Virus record (IMG/VR): IMGVR_UViG_2651870170_000001
DNA: 20,000 nucleotides
Strand: one strand, 5' to 3'
DNA from: an uncultured virus (IMG/VR IMGVR_UViG_2651870170_000001)
Taxonomy: Duplodnaviria; Heunggongvirae; Uroviricota; Caudoviricetes
Below the pieces are notes generated by a model, which was not told the DNA's origin, did no database searches, and saw only the letters and a list, made by a program, of their open reading frames with translations. A program made the translations under genes and the position numbers. Positions 6,504 through 15,582 of this stretch are shown here, one piece after another (the stretch's first letter is position 1; each line of letters begins with the position of its first letter).

Positions 6504-6922
6504 GCGCGCACGGAATCGAAGAGGGCGACGTGTGCGGTCGTGACGGGTGCGCAGGGCGAATCGAGTTCACGAAGCCCGATAACTGCTCTTGTCACCTTTC
6601 GGCGCCGTGTAGCGCCTGCACCAGAACCTATCTGCACTGTCCAGATTGTGACTGGGAGGCAGAACAGTACGTCATCAATGATTACTTGGTGACGGAGAAT
6701 GTCAAGACGAATGTCTATGAGGATTGGAAGCCACGCCCACTGGACCCATCGAAACTCGACTGGCACAGCAAGCCGCATTCGAGCGCGTCGATGATTAAAG
6801 AGGGTGTTTATCCGCCTCACATGACTCACGCCGAGGTTGAGGAAAAGGTGCGCGGCACATTTGGCGGCCGATTCGAATATTTCGGCGACGGCAGATTCAA
6901 GTACGTCGCTTACACGGATTGA
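6500..6922 (+). CDS. Cys-rich putative zinc-binding protein
   Basis: CGRDGC, CSCH, CSAC, CPDC motifs. Confidence 0.8.
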   Translation: MSAHGIEEGDVCGRDGCAGRIEFTKPDNCSCHLSAPCSACTRTYLHCPDCDWEAEQYVINDYLVTENVKTNVYEDWKPRPLDPSKLDWHSKPHSSASMIKEGVYPPHMTHAEVEEKVRGTFGGRFEYFGDGRFKYVAYTD

Positions 6923-6930
6923 GGCCGACC

Positions 6931-7137
6931 ATGCCAAGACCCTTCTTTCTCCGCCGCCCCTCCTCCCGCATCGCCCGCCAGATAAGCGGCGAAGAGCGGG
7001 AGCCTATAAGCGGTGCTCGCGGCGACGTATTTGCCGGTGCGCTAATTCTTCTCTGCTGCGTCGGCGTAGGTTCCGCAGTCTTAATCCTGGTGCTTGGTGC
7101 GCCGCTTCTAAATCTGGTTTGCTGGGGTGTGAGATGA
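6931..7137 (+). CDS. Small membrane protein
   Basis: GAGG RBS, basic N-terminus and long hydrophobic C-terminus. Confidence 0.55.
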   Translation: MPRPFFLRRPSSRIARQISGEEREPISGARGDVFAGALILLCCVGVGSAVLILVLGAPLLNLVCWGVR

Positions 7138-7529
7138 GCAATCTAACTGATGAACAGGTCTCGGGCCTTCCGCAACTTCCCGAGCCGTTGGAAATCGACT
7201 GGCCGGAGCTGCATTCGCAAGGGCTCGGTTGCGGAGTCGAGGATCGGAACATTACGAACCGGTATGAAGCCGCTGAATATGGCTGGCAGCACGGCGTAGA
7301 CCAAGCCATCGAGCGCGTTCCTGAAGACATTTTCACTACCGACCAGATGCGCGAGTACGCCCGCACCGCTCTCGAATCCGTGAGCAACGCGCTCTACAGT
7401 CACCTGATGGGCGGCACATTCGATATCGGCGAAGCGTATCTGAATCTGAAGTGCGTCGGCTCATGCCCGAGCAAGGATGACTTTCTGGCTGCGCTGCTGG
7501 CACTTGCTGCTGAAAAGGAGCCGACATGA
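7134..7529 (+). CDS. Phage hypothetical protein (MSNLTDEQV...)
   Basis: ATGA coupling; GLGCGVEDRNITNRYEAAEYGW module. Confidence 0.75.
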   Translation: MSNLTDEQVSGLPQLPEPLEIDWPELHSQGLGCGVEDRNITNRYEAAEYGWQHGVDQAIERVPEDIFTTDQMREYARTALESVSNALYSHLMGGTFDIGEAYLNLKCVGSCPSKDDFLAALLALAAEKEPT

Positions 7530-7723
7530 CCACCTGGACCATCGTCGACGACGACCGCGAAGGCGTCGTGACACACATCAGCGACGCCGGGCACACGGCC
7601 CTCGCCACCGAACAACGCGCAGACACCAACGCCAGGAATCACCAGGTCACTGCTGCAGTCATTGGCGGTCTGATCGTCGGCGCGATTTTGATTGAAGCGG
7701 TAAGACTGACTTTTGGAGGGTAG
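7526..7723 (+). CDS. Small membrane protein
   Basis: AAGGAG RBS, C-terminal TM helix. Confidence 0.7.
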   Translation: MTTWTIVDDDREGVVTHISDAGHTALATEQRADTNARNHQVTAAVIGGLIVGAILIEAVRLTFGG

Positions 7724-7726
7724 GCC

Positions 7727-7918
7727 ATGTTTCGCACACCACATAAGAACGAAGACTTGCGCCACGTTGCGACTTCGCTTGAGCCGAGCGAGCGCCTCGC
7801 CGCGGTCAACGAGAACAAGCGGCTGCAGGCTATCCGGGCGCTGGGAAATCGCTGGTTGCTGGCGAAGGACTATGACGGCCACTATCAGCCGGAATTGCAT
7901 GCGCGAGGCGCGCGATGA
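7727..7918 (+). CDS. Phage hypothetical protein
   Basis: GGAGG RBS; AIRALGNRWLLA motif. Confidence 0.7.
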   Translation: MFRTPHKNEDLRHVATSLEPSERLAAVNENKRLQAIRALGNRWLLAKDYDGHYQPELHARGAR

Positions 7919-8742
7919 GCGAACTCAAACAGATGCAGTCTGGCGACGAGGTTTTTGATATTCGGGGCCGAGCCGCCAGCTACGTCGCGCTCACGCTGGA
8001 CGGCCATGTCGTGCAGCCCATCTATACACGCGGCGATGAGGGCGACGAATACTACGGCGCGCCGGAAGTCTGGCGCGAGGTGTTCAGCACCCCACCCGTG
8101 GAGAAGCTGCACGGAGAGATTGCGGCGATGCAAAGCCGTCTCGCTACCGAGCGGGCATCGCTCGATGCCGTTCGCAAGACGCGCGGTGACGAAGACCGCG
8201 AATACGCTGCGCGCGCAGCCGAGCGCAAGCGCTTCACCCAGCTACAGACCCTTGACGACTTCATTGCAGGGAAGATCACGCATTTCTTCGTGGTCGAAGG
8301 CTATGCCGAACGCATGTCGATACAGACGTTCGAGCAATTCATGAAGCCCAAAGACAACGATGGATTCAGCTACGACCGGAAGATGCGGCTGCTGTCGCTA
8401 TTCGGTGGGTCGAATGGCGATCTTGCCTGGTATGTCGATCGGTATTCGGACGGCTCTGGCGGCAGTAGCGGTCGTTGTTTCCCTGCTATTTCATACGAAG
8501 ACGCGCTGGCCCACGCCGCACAGTGGATCAACGGGCGAGTCGCTGAAATCCGCAAACAGGAGAAAAAGTATCAGGCGCTTGACCTTGCTAACTCCGCCGA
8601 GAAACTCGGACTCGCTGTGCCAGATGACATTGCTGGTTGGGCCAAAGGCTTCGCGGACGAGCGCCATCAAGCCAGCCTCAAGGAGGCGCGCAAACAGTTT
8701 GATGCGGCCAAGGCCAAGCTTCAGGAATTGGAGGCATCGTGA
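7915..8742 (+). CDS. Phage hypothetical protein with coiled coils
   Basis: 275 aa, ATGA coupling; RLLSLFG...YSDGSG motif. Confidence 0.85.
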   Translation: MSELKQMQSGDEVFDIRGRAASYVALTLDGHVVQPIYTRGDEGDEYYGAPEVWREVFSTPPVEKLHGEIAAMQSRLATERASLDAVRKTRGDEDREYAARAAERKRFTQLQTLDDFIAGKITHFFVVEGYAERMSIQTFEQFMKPKDNDGFSYDRKMRLLSLFGGSNGDLAWYVDRYSDGSGGSSGRCFPAISYEDALAHAAQWINGRVAEIRKQEKKYQALDLANSAEKLGLAVPDDIAGWAKGFADERHQASLKEARKQFDAAKAKLQELEAS

Positions 8743-8927
8743 CCATGCTTGTTGACTGTGACCCCGACCCGGTTGAAGAGGCCGCCTACGGCTATTGCCG
8801 GCGTTGCGAGTGCGAAGTTCCGATTGAAGAGCGGGACTTCGGGATTGGCCGCGACGAGGCTTATGGCCGTCCGATCGTTCACGTGGATATGCAGTGGTGT
8901 TGCTGTGAGTGTGGAGACCAACTATGA
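8739..8927 (+). CDS. Small zinc-ribbon protein
   Basis: GGAGG RBS, CRRC and CECG motifs. Confidence 0.7.
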   Translation: MTMLVDCDPDPVEEAAYGYCRRCECEVPIEERDFGIGRDEAYGRPIVHVDMQWCCCECGDQL

Positions 8928-9211
8928 GCGACTACACACGACTGACCACCAGCGCCGAAGTCTATGCAGTGATTATGGCGCGCCACCGTGACCAGATGGT
9001 TGCCTTCGCGACGTTCAGTGATCCCGATGGCACATTCAACGGTGGACCGGGAATCCGGGGCCGCATGGATACCACCTGGGGCATCGCCGGTTGTGACTAT
9101 CCGATCCTCGAAATCAATACGTACTGGGACATTGACCCAACGCAACCACATAAGCGGGTCAACCAGACGCATTCGTATTTTCTGCTGATGGCGGAGAAGG
9201 ACGAGACGTGA
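8924..9211 (+). CDS. Phage hypothetical protein (MSDYTRLTTSAEVYAVI...)
   Basis: GGAG RBS, ATGA coupling. Confidence 0.75.
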   Translation: MSDYTRLTTSAEVYAVIMARHRDQMVAFATFSDPDGTFNGGPGIRGRMDTTWGIAGCDYPILEINTYWDIDPTQPHKRVNQTHSYFLLMAEKDET

Positions 9212-9390
9212 ACGAAATATCCGCCTATCGCGTCGCCCAGGCCGTCAGTGCGATGAAGGCCATTGATGAAGCGTGGAATGCGAATCCGAATGGCGCGATG
9301 CGCTCTAGTCTCATAACGGATCTGGCAATAGCGCGAATAGATTTTGAGTCGACCTTGCTGCTTTTGAAATTAACTGTGGAGGAAGTGTGA
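9208..9390 (+). CDS. Small hypothetical protein
   Basis: GTGA coupling on both sides. Confidence 0.6.
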   Translation: MNEISAYRVAQAVSAMKAIDEAWNANPNGAMRSSLITDLAIARIDFESTLLLLKLTVEEV

Positions 9391-10547
9391 CAACCGAACT
9401 GACATTGCCCGAACGCGCCGCCCTGGCGCTAGGCACGGCAAAGCATGAAAAGGAGCTGATCGAACTGGCCGAGCAATCGAGGTCGATCACCGAGATCAAG
9501 AACAAGGATGCGCGCGAGCAGTGTCACAGCACGGCCATGGTCCTGAAGACCCGGCGCACCAGCATTCGAAAGGCTGGCAAGGATGCGCGCGACGACGCGA
9601 CAAAGTTCTCTAAAGCCGTGATCGCGGAAGAGGACCGGCTAGTTGCTCTCATCGAACCGGACGAAACACGGTTGATCGCCTTGCGCGACGCGTGGGACGA
9701 CGAGCGCGAGGCAGAGCGACAAGCCAAGCTAGCCGCCGAGAAAGCCCGTGTCGATGCCATCCGCCGAAAGATTGACGAGATCAAGGCTTGCCCCGCTGAA
9801 TCTGTCGGCCACCCCTCCGCTAGCCTGGCCGCAGTCATCGAACTGATGGAGCGGCACGAAGTCACGCTTGAGGAATTCGCGGAATTCGCTGGCGAAGCGG
9901 AGATGGCAAAGGTTGCTGCGCTGGCGAGGCTTGGTGAAATGCTGACGGCACAGCAGGCACACGAAGCCGAACAGGCCCGCATCGCCGCCGAACGCGCCCA
10001 ACTCGCCAAAGAACGCGAAGAAGCCGCCGAACGCGAACGTCAGGCCGCCGCCGAACGCCAACGGATTGCCGACGAAGAACGGATTGCCCGAGCCAAGGCA
10101 CACGCCGCGATGCTGGCAGAGCAGCAGGCGCACGAAGCGCGACTCCGGGCCGAACGTGAAGCGGCAGAAGCTGAATTGCGCAAGCAGCGAGAGGCCGAAG
10201 AGGCGCGACTCGCAGAGCAACGTGCGGAACTGGCCCGTCAGCAGGCTGCGATTGACGCAGCCAACGCGGAACGCGAGAGAGTCGAGCGGGAGGCTAGGGA
10301 GGCGGCAGAGGCCGAAGCCCGAGCCGAAGCCCAGCGCATCGCAGATGAACAGGCCGCCGAGGAAGCGGCAGCCGAGGCTGAGCGCCAGCGTCGCGAGCGG
10401 GTCCAGTTTGAATTGAACGGTCCGGGCGATGTGGAAATCGTTACCACCTTGGCGCTCGAATATGCCACCAACACGACTGTCGTTGTCGGCTGGCTCGAAA
10501 AATTCAATGCGGCGGCGTTTAAGTCGCCGACCGAAAAAGCCGCTTAA
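9387..10547 (+). CDS. Long Ala/Glu/Arg-rich coiled-coil protein preceding the recombination genes
   Basis: 386 aa, GGAGG RBS; composition and position typical of lambdoid recombination-module genes. Confidence 0.85.
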   Translation: MTTELTLPERAALALGTAKHEKELIELAEQSRSITEIKNKDAREQCHSTAMVLKTRRTSIRKAGKDARDDATKFSKAVIAEEDRLVALIEPDETRLIALRDAWDDEREAERQAKLAAEKARVDAIRRKIDEIKACPAESVGHPSASLAAVIELMERHEVTLEEFAEFAGEAEMAKVAALARLGEMLTAQQAHEAEQARIAAERAQLAKEREEAAERERQAAAERQRIADEERIARAKAHAAMLAEQQAHEARLRAEREAAEAELRKQREAEEARLAEQRAELARQQAAIDAANAERERVEREAREAAEAEARAEAQRIADEQAAEEAAAEAERQRRERVQFELNGPGDVEIVTTLALEYATNTTVVVGWLEKFNAAAFKSPTEKAA

Positions 10548-10596
10548 CCGTTTCACTTAGACCCTGTCGGATTACGGCCAAAAGGAGTGCCGTTAT

Positions 10597-11106
10597 ATGG
10601 ACAAGCCACAAACCAAAACCCATTGGAAACGCCTCGTCAACCCGGATTACATCGGCGCCTATGCGCTGAACCCGGACGAGGATTTGACTGTCACGATTGA
10701 TTATGTTCGCCGTGAGGAAGTTGTCGGGGCGGGCGGTAAGAAAGAGGAATGCACCGTCGCGCACCTGGTCGGGCATAAGCCACTGATTCTGAACGCGACT
10801 AACTCAAAGTCGATCCACAAGCTCTATGGGCCGTACATCGAGGAATGGGCGGGCAAGCAGATCACGCTATTTGCAAGCACGGCAAAACTGGCTGGCGATG
10901 TGGTCGAGTGCCTGCGGATTCGCCCGAATGTAGCCAGGCAAACGAAGCCCAAGATCATGCCGGATCGCCTTAAGAAGGCAATCGCATCGATTGTGGCAGG
11001 GCAGTACACCACCGAGAAGTTGCGCGCCCAGTTCGACCTGACGGATGCGCAAGAGAAGGAAGTCGAGGAAGCAGTCAAGAAAGCCGTGGAGGGCAGCAAT
11101 GTTTAG
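10597..11106 (+). CDS. Putative ssDNA-binding/annealing protein
   Basis: THWK..NPDYIGAY, KPLILNATN, EEWAGKQITL, CLRIR motifs; sits in the recombinase slot just before the exonuclease. Confidence 0.6.
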   Translation: MDKPQTKTHWKRLVNPDYIGAYALNPDEDLTVTIDYVRREEVVGAGGKKEECTVAHLVGHKPLILNATNSKSIHKLYGPYIEEWAGKQITLFASTAKLAGDVVECLRIRPNVARQTKPKIMPDRLKKAIASIVAGQYTTEKLRAQFDLTDAQEKEVEEAVKKAVEGSNV

Positions 11107-11728
11107 GATCCGGTGTTCATCGCTCAGCAAGATCATGACCGAACCGAAAAGCAAGGATGAAGTCCTGTCAGTCGGAGCCAAGACGTACATCGAAGACCTT
11201 GCCAAGGAATTCGTCTACAACTTCCAGCGCATCGTCAGCAGCAAGGAAATGGAGAAGGGCACTATCGTCGAAGATCAATCGATTGCGCTTCTGAACGAGG
11301 TTCTGTTCACGAACTTTGTGAAGAACACGGAGCGCAAGACAAACGACTGGATCACTGGCGAGTGCGACATTTTTAGCGGCGTAAAGATTCACGATATCAA
11401 GTCGCCGTGGTCGCTCGCCACTTTCCCGGCAACGGTGTTCGCCGGCCGCGACAAGGATTACGAGTGGCAATTACGCGGCTACATGATGCTGTGGGACTGC
11501 GACCAGTCGGAAATCGATTACTGCATGGTCAACACGCCCGATGAACTGATCCGGTTCGAAGACGTGTCGATGCACTACGTCGATCACATTGACCCGACTT
11601 TGCGCGTTACGCGTGTCCCGTATGCGCGTGACAAATCGCTCGAAGACAAGATCAAGACGAAAGTCGATGCCGCGCGAGTCTATTTCGACAATATCTGCGC
11701 GCAGATCGCAATCGAGCACGCCGCCTGA
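11099..11728 (+). CDS. YqaJ/lambda-exonuclease-like PD-(D/E)XK nuclease
   Basis: RCSSL, KGTIVE, GECD, DIKS, YEWQLRGYM motifs. Confidence 0.85.
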   Translation: MFRIRCSSLSKIMTEPKSKDEVLSVGAKTYIEDLAKEFVYNFQRIVSSKEMEKGTIVEDQSIALLNEVLFTNFVKNTERKTNDWITGECDIFSGVKIHDIKSPWSLATFPATVFAGRDKDYEWQLRGYMMLWDCDQSEIDYCMVNTPDELIRFEDVSMHYVDHIDPTLRVTRVPYARDKSLEDKIKTKVDAARVYFDNICAQIAIEHAA

Positions 11729-11737
11729 AGTTTCACC

Positions 11738-11790
11738 GCCGCCACCTCTCTGCTAGGCGAAAGCGGGTCCAGAGTTTAAAGGGTGGCGGC
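11738..11790 (+). other. Intergenic stem-loop
   Basis: gccgccacct/gggtggcggc (10 bp), ctctg/cagag, apical gc-GAAA-gc; no U tract. Confidence 0.7.
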
Positions 11791-11807
11791 ACCTAATTGA
11801 GGTTCAT

Positions 11808-12092
11808 ATGAACAAAGAACAGATTTACGACGAACAGATTTCCCCGCTGATGACCCAGATCATCGCTATCTGCCGCGCGCACAAGATCGCGCACGTCGCA
11901 TGCTTCGCGATCCCGACCGAAGATGATCCGGATCTTCGTTGCTCAACCGCTCAACTGACCTCCGACTTCGAGCCGCCCGAAGAATTCCTTCAGGCATGGA
12001 AGCATCTTCGACCGGCCAGCAGATCGTCGACGATGATGCTGCGCACCGAGAGCGGCGACGGCAACGTGACACTAACTACGATTGTCGAGTAA
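11808..12092 (+). CDS. Phage hypothetical protein (MNKEQIYDEQISPLM...)
   Basis: GAGG RBS; recurrent small phage family. Confidence 0.8.
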   Translation: MNKEQIYDEQISPLMTQIIAICRAHKIAHVACFAIPTEDDPDLRCSTAQLTSDFEPPEEFLQAWKHLRPASRSSTMMLRTESGDGNVTLTTIVE

Positions 12093-12150
12093 AGACCAAC
12101 AGCGCCCCCGGCGCGGCAAGGGGCTGCGGCCCCGCTTTTCGAGATATGTG

Positions 12151-12474
12151 ATGAGCGAAAAATTGAGCGACCATGAAATCGACAAAGTTTGGAACAGCCT
12201 TGACGGTCAAGCGATCATCAAGGGCCTGTCGCACAACCGTTGGAACGCAGCATTGCGCCGGGCATTCGCCAGAGCCCTTCAAGTCAAATTGCCAGCAGTC
12301 GAAAGCGATGCGCGCGAGTTGCTTCGCGAAGCCGCTGATCTGATCGAGTACGCCACCTACCACGATGGGCGTTACGACCAGATGGCGGGCGTGAACTGGC
12401 AGAGTGAGGCGCAAAAGCTGGTGCAGCGCATGGCCGTTGCGCTGGATCGCCAACCCTACGAGAGCCTGAAATGA
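12151..12474 (+). CDS. Phage hypothetical protein (MSEKLSDHEI...)
   Basis: ATGA coupling to the next gene; FARAL and LREAADLIE modules. Confidence 0.7.
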   Translation: MSEKLSDHEIDKVWNSLDGQAIIKGLSHNRWNAALRRAFARALQVKLPAVESDARELLREAADLIEYATYHDGRYDQMAGVNWQSEAQKLVQRMAVALDRQPYESLK

Positions 12475-12785
12475 GCGAAGAAACCAAGATCATCAACGCA
12501 CCCGAGCGTATATGGCTTCAGGTCGGCGATGACTTTGAACCTGGCGCCGTCGACTTCAGCCAGTTGAGCGAGGTCACTTGGTGCGAAGAAATTCAGAACC
12601 CACTCGATATTGAATACGTGCGCGTCTCAGCCGAAGTTCCCTTCGTGGACTCGTACGGCTTCGAGGTTCTGCTGGGCGATCGCATGTACATCGACAACAG
12701 CATGCAATATCGCAACGGCACTACGGTACTCACCATCAAGCGCAAACCCCGCGAGATCGCAGCCGCTCCTACGGAGTCGAAATGA
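12471..12785 (+). CDS. Phage hypothetical protein
   Basis: APERIWLQVG...VTWC...DIEYVR motif. Confidence 0.75.
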   Translation: MSEETKIINAPERIWLQVGDDFEPGAVDFSQLSEVTWCEEIQNPLDIEYVRVSAEVPFVDSYGFEVLLGDRMYIDNSMQYRNGTTVLTIKRKPREIAAAPTESK

Positions 12786-14191
12786 CTGACGACCAAATCA
12801 AGCGCATCTACTTGGAATCGACCGGATTCGACCTTGACGAGAGCGATGCTGCATTGCTTGACTTCGCACGCACATTGCTCGCCACCCAAGCCATTGTGGG
12901 AGACGTGGTGCCTCACTGGCACGGCTACAATGCTCAACCGTCTGATGCTCAAGTCACGCTGACAACTACCATTGCGGGAGAGGGCGACGGGCGGCAGTTG
13001 CTGGAAGGTCTTGCGATGAGGCTGGAGTCGGGCCGATTTTTTAATGGCGTCGCCCAACCCAATGCGGACATCTATGCGCAAGCAATCCGTGCCGCTCTCG
13101 CACAGAAGGCTGTACCAACAGCGGGAGAGTTTCCGTATCAACGTACGTTCAACGCTATTGCAGCGGCGACCAAAATCGAGGGCGGCCACATCGCTATCTC
13201 GGTACGAGCGTTCTGCGAGACCTTTGGCAACGATCCCGCTCCAATAGCGTCAGCCTCGGAGGCGTTCCAGTCGCGCGTGCAACCATGGATGCTCGCGTGC
13301 TTCGGTGCCGAGATCGCAGCCGACAAGATGGAACGCAATCACAGGTTTTTCGAGGAATCGACCGAGACCGTACAGGCTAACGGCATGACGCGCAGTGAAG
13401 CGCATCAGTTGGTTGATTACGTCTACGACAGGCCGGTGGGCGAGTTGCATCAAGAGGTCGGCGGCGTCATGGTGACGTTGGCCGCGCTATGTCTCGCGAG
13501 CGGAATTGATATGCACGAGGCAGGCGAAGTAGAACTTGCGCGCGTGTGGACGAAGATCGAGAAGATCCGTGCCAAGCAAGCCGCCAAGCCCAAGCACTCA
13601 CCATTGCCCGAGCACACCCATCCCGCAGCAGCGCAACCAGCGAGGGCGGAAGTGCTGGAGAACAAGCAGGAGCCGAAAGATGAAGCCAATGCTAACTTCC
13701 CCGGTTATTTCGTGACCGAGGCTGGAGAAATTTTCGGGCCGCGCGGCCAGATTAAGGGACATCCATCACCGAAAGGGTATTTGCGCGTCGATTTGCGCGA
13801 CGGCGAGATCAAGAAAACCATGACGATACACAAAATCGTTCTGGAAACTTTCGTTGGCCCACGCCCTACCGGTCTTCAGGCTAGACATAAGAACGGCAAG
13901 AAGTTGGAAAACAACTTGGGAAATCTGTGCTGGGGAACGGCCACGGAGAACTATGAAGACAAGCGCCTGCATGGAACGCATCAGGTTGGTGAGCGCCATG
14001 GAGCTTCAAAGCTGACCGCGCGTGATGTGTTGATGATTCGCGAAGCATTCGCCAATCGTAACGGCCACGATTGGGGTGCAGCAAGATTTGCAAAACAGTT
14101 CGGTGTTCACCGGACAACAATCAGCGATGTGGCGCGCAGAGAAACTTGGTCAGACCCGACGGCGATTCGCGATCTTAAGGACAAACCATGA
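12782..14191 (+). CDS. Mosaic protein: variable N-terminus, MazG-like NTP pyrophosphohydrolase, HNH endonuclease with C-terminal HTH
   Basis: RFFEESTE...QEVGGV acidic helical motif (about 13265-13610); GYLRV, HKIV..FVGP, RHKNG..NNLGNLCW..EN, SKLT, HTH (about 13697-14150). Confidence 0.8.
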   Translation: MTDDQIKRIYLESTGFDLDESDAALLDFARTLLATQAIVGDVVPHWHGYNAQPSDAQVTLTTTIAGEGDGRQLLEGLAMRLESGRFFNGVAQPNADIYAQAIRAALAQKAVPTAGEFPYQRTFNAIAAATKIEGGHIAISVRAFCETFGNDPAPIASASEAFQSRVQPWMLACFGAEIAADKMERNHRFFEESTETVQANGMTRSEAHQLVDYVYDRPVGELHQEVGGVMVTLAALCLASGIDMHEAGEVELARVWTKIEKIRAKQAAKPKHSPLPEHTHPAAAQPARAEVLENKQEPKDEANANFPGYFVTEAGEIFGPRGQIKGHPSPKGYLRVDLRDGEIKKTMTIHKIVLETFVGPRPTGLQARHKNGKKLENNLGNLCWGTATENYEDKRLHGTHQVGERHGASKLTARDVLMIREAFANRNGHDWGAARFAKQFGVHRTTISDVARRETWSDPTAIRDLKDKP

Positions 14192-14427
14192 GCAAATACG
14201 AAAAACTCGACGATCTTATCGTGGCGTCACTTGGCGATCTCCCAAAGACGTTCGGCGTCATTCACACTGGCGAGGTCGCGAGCGAGTGTGAGCGGATTGC
14301 GAAAGAGGAGGGCACGAGACGATCGCCATTCGGTGTCGAGTCATTCCGAATCTGTGACCGCCGCCTTCAGGCGTTGCGCAAGGCTGGGCGGATCGTTTCA
14401 ACGACTAGGGGATGGGTGTTGTCATGA
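14188..14427 (+). CDS. Small winged-helix-like hypothetical protein
   Basis: DRRLQALRKAGRI...GW motif; ATGA coupling. Confidence 0.7.
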   Translation: MSKYEKLDDLIVASLGDLPKTFGVIHTGEVASECERIAKEEGTRRSPFGVESFRICDRRLQALRKAGRIVSTTRGWVLS

Positions 14428-14723
14428 CAGCAGATCAGATCAAGGCTCTGGCGGCGATTCTGCGCGAGGATGCTCGCTGGGTTGGGAAGCAGTATAGCTC
14501 GCATATAGAGGATCGAATTGAAAATGCCGCTGACGCCCTCGAAGCCCTCTCGCTAGAAAACCAGCGGTTGAGGGTAGATGCGGAACGGTATCGCATGATC
14601 CGAAACCGGAGTGACTACTGGCGGCAGCATGGCCGTCAGGCTGTAATGCTGGGGATGTTTGAAGAATTCCTGGACGCCGTTATCGACGCCGCCCGGTCGC
14701 AGAGTGAGGAGGGTAAGCAATGA
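14424..14723 (+). CDS. Ead/Ea22-like modular protein
   Basis: AADALE, DAERYR, LDAVIDAA motifs. Confidence 0.7.
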   Translation: MTADQIKALAAILREDARWVGKQYSSHIEDRIENAADALEALSLENQRLRVDAERYRMIRNRSDYWRQHGRQAVMLGMFEEFLDAVIDAARSQSEEGKQ

Positions 14724-15001
14724 CGAACGACGATATTAAGGCTTTAGTCCGACAGTTGCAGGAATGCAGTTGGGCCAGAGCAACAATTAGCCCAAAACTT
14801 AAACCTCAATGGACTGGGGATGATGCTCCAGAAAGAGCCGCCGACGCTCTCACTACCCTCCTGGCGCAACTCGAAATCGCCACGCAAGAGCTAAAGAACA
14901 TCGCGAACGCCGATACCATCGAATGGGACGATCCGACCCAGTATGAGGCTTGGGCCAAGAGTCGGGCGCGGTGGGCGCTGGGGAAGGTGGATAAGCCATG
15001 A
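14720..15001 (+). CDS. Phage hypothetical protein
   Basis: GAGGAGG RBS; AADAL module. Confidence 0.7.
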   Translation: MTNDDIKALVRQLQECSWARATISPKLKPQWTGDDAPERAADALTTLLAQLEIATQELKNIANADTIEWDDPTQYEAWAKSRARWALGKVDKP

Positions 15002-15282
15002 CCGAACTCCCATCCCTAATCCTGCCCCTCAAGCGCCTGTACTTCGACCAGATCAAGAGCGGCGAGAAGGTCGAGGAATACCGCCTCTGCACGCCATACT
15101 GGCGCAAACGTCTGGAGCATCGCCACTATGGGCGGATTGTGCTCACCCTTGGTTATCCAAAAGCCGACGACCATGAACGCCGGATCGTGAAACCGTGGCG
15201 CGGCTACGTTGAACGAACAATCAAGCATCCGCACTTTGGGCCGCATCCGGTGCGCGTGTTTGCTATTCATGTGGGAGCATAA
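14998..15282 (+). CDS. ASCH/PUA-domain protein
   Basis: LPLKRLYFDQIKSGEKVEEYR signature. Confidence 0.85.
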   Translation: MTELPSLILPLKRLYFDQIKSGEKVEEYRLCTPYWRKRLEHRHYGRIVLTLGYPKADDHERRIVKPWRGYVERTIKHPHFGPHPVRVFAIHVGA

Positions 15283-15582
15283 ATGACACTCTACGCCGTA
15301 TTCATGCCCGGTTCGGGCGAGCGATTTGCCGCTCCCACCGAGTGGTGGGCCGAACGTCTTGCCGACAAGCTCACCGCGCATTTCGCCGAGATCAAGAAAC
15401 AGCGCGGCGACAACTACCCGTCAGTGCTCGCCGAGGTTGTCATCTGGCCGGAACGCTTCGCCGCGCTTCACGCCGAGGAACTGGCTAGGGATTGGGCCGA
15501 GCACGCCAAGTTCATCGGGCCGGTCGAACCCGAACCAGAGCGCGATACCCGGACGATTGATATGTTTTCGGAGGCTAAGTGA
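15283..15582 (+). CDS. Phage hypothetical protein
   Basis: GGAG RBS; C-terminal RDTRTIDMF resembles a beta-clamp-binding tail. Confidence 0.7.
   Translation: MTLYAVFMPGSGERFAAPTEWWAERLADKLTAHFAEIKKQRGDNYPSVLAEVVIWPERFAALHAEELARDWAEHAKFIGPVEPEPERDTRTIDMFSEAK

Noticed and set aside
9524..10556. Long antisense ORFs, likewise 4041-4895, 16490-17362 and 18954-19766
   Set aside because: Shadow frames of real GC-rich genes on the opposite strand
11738..11790. Rho-independent terminator
   Set aside because: Strong stem but no U tract on either strand; kept only as a stem-loop
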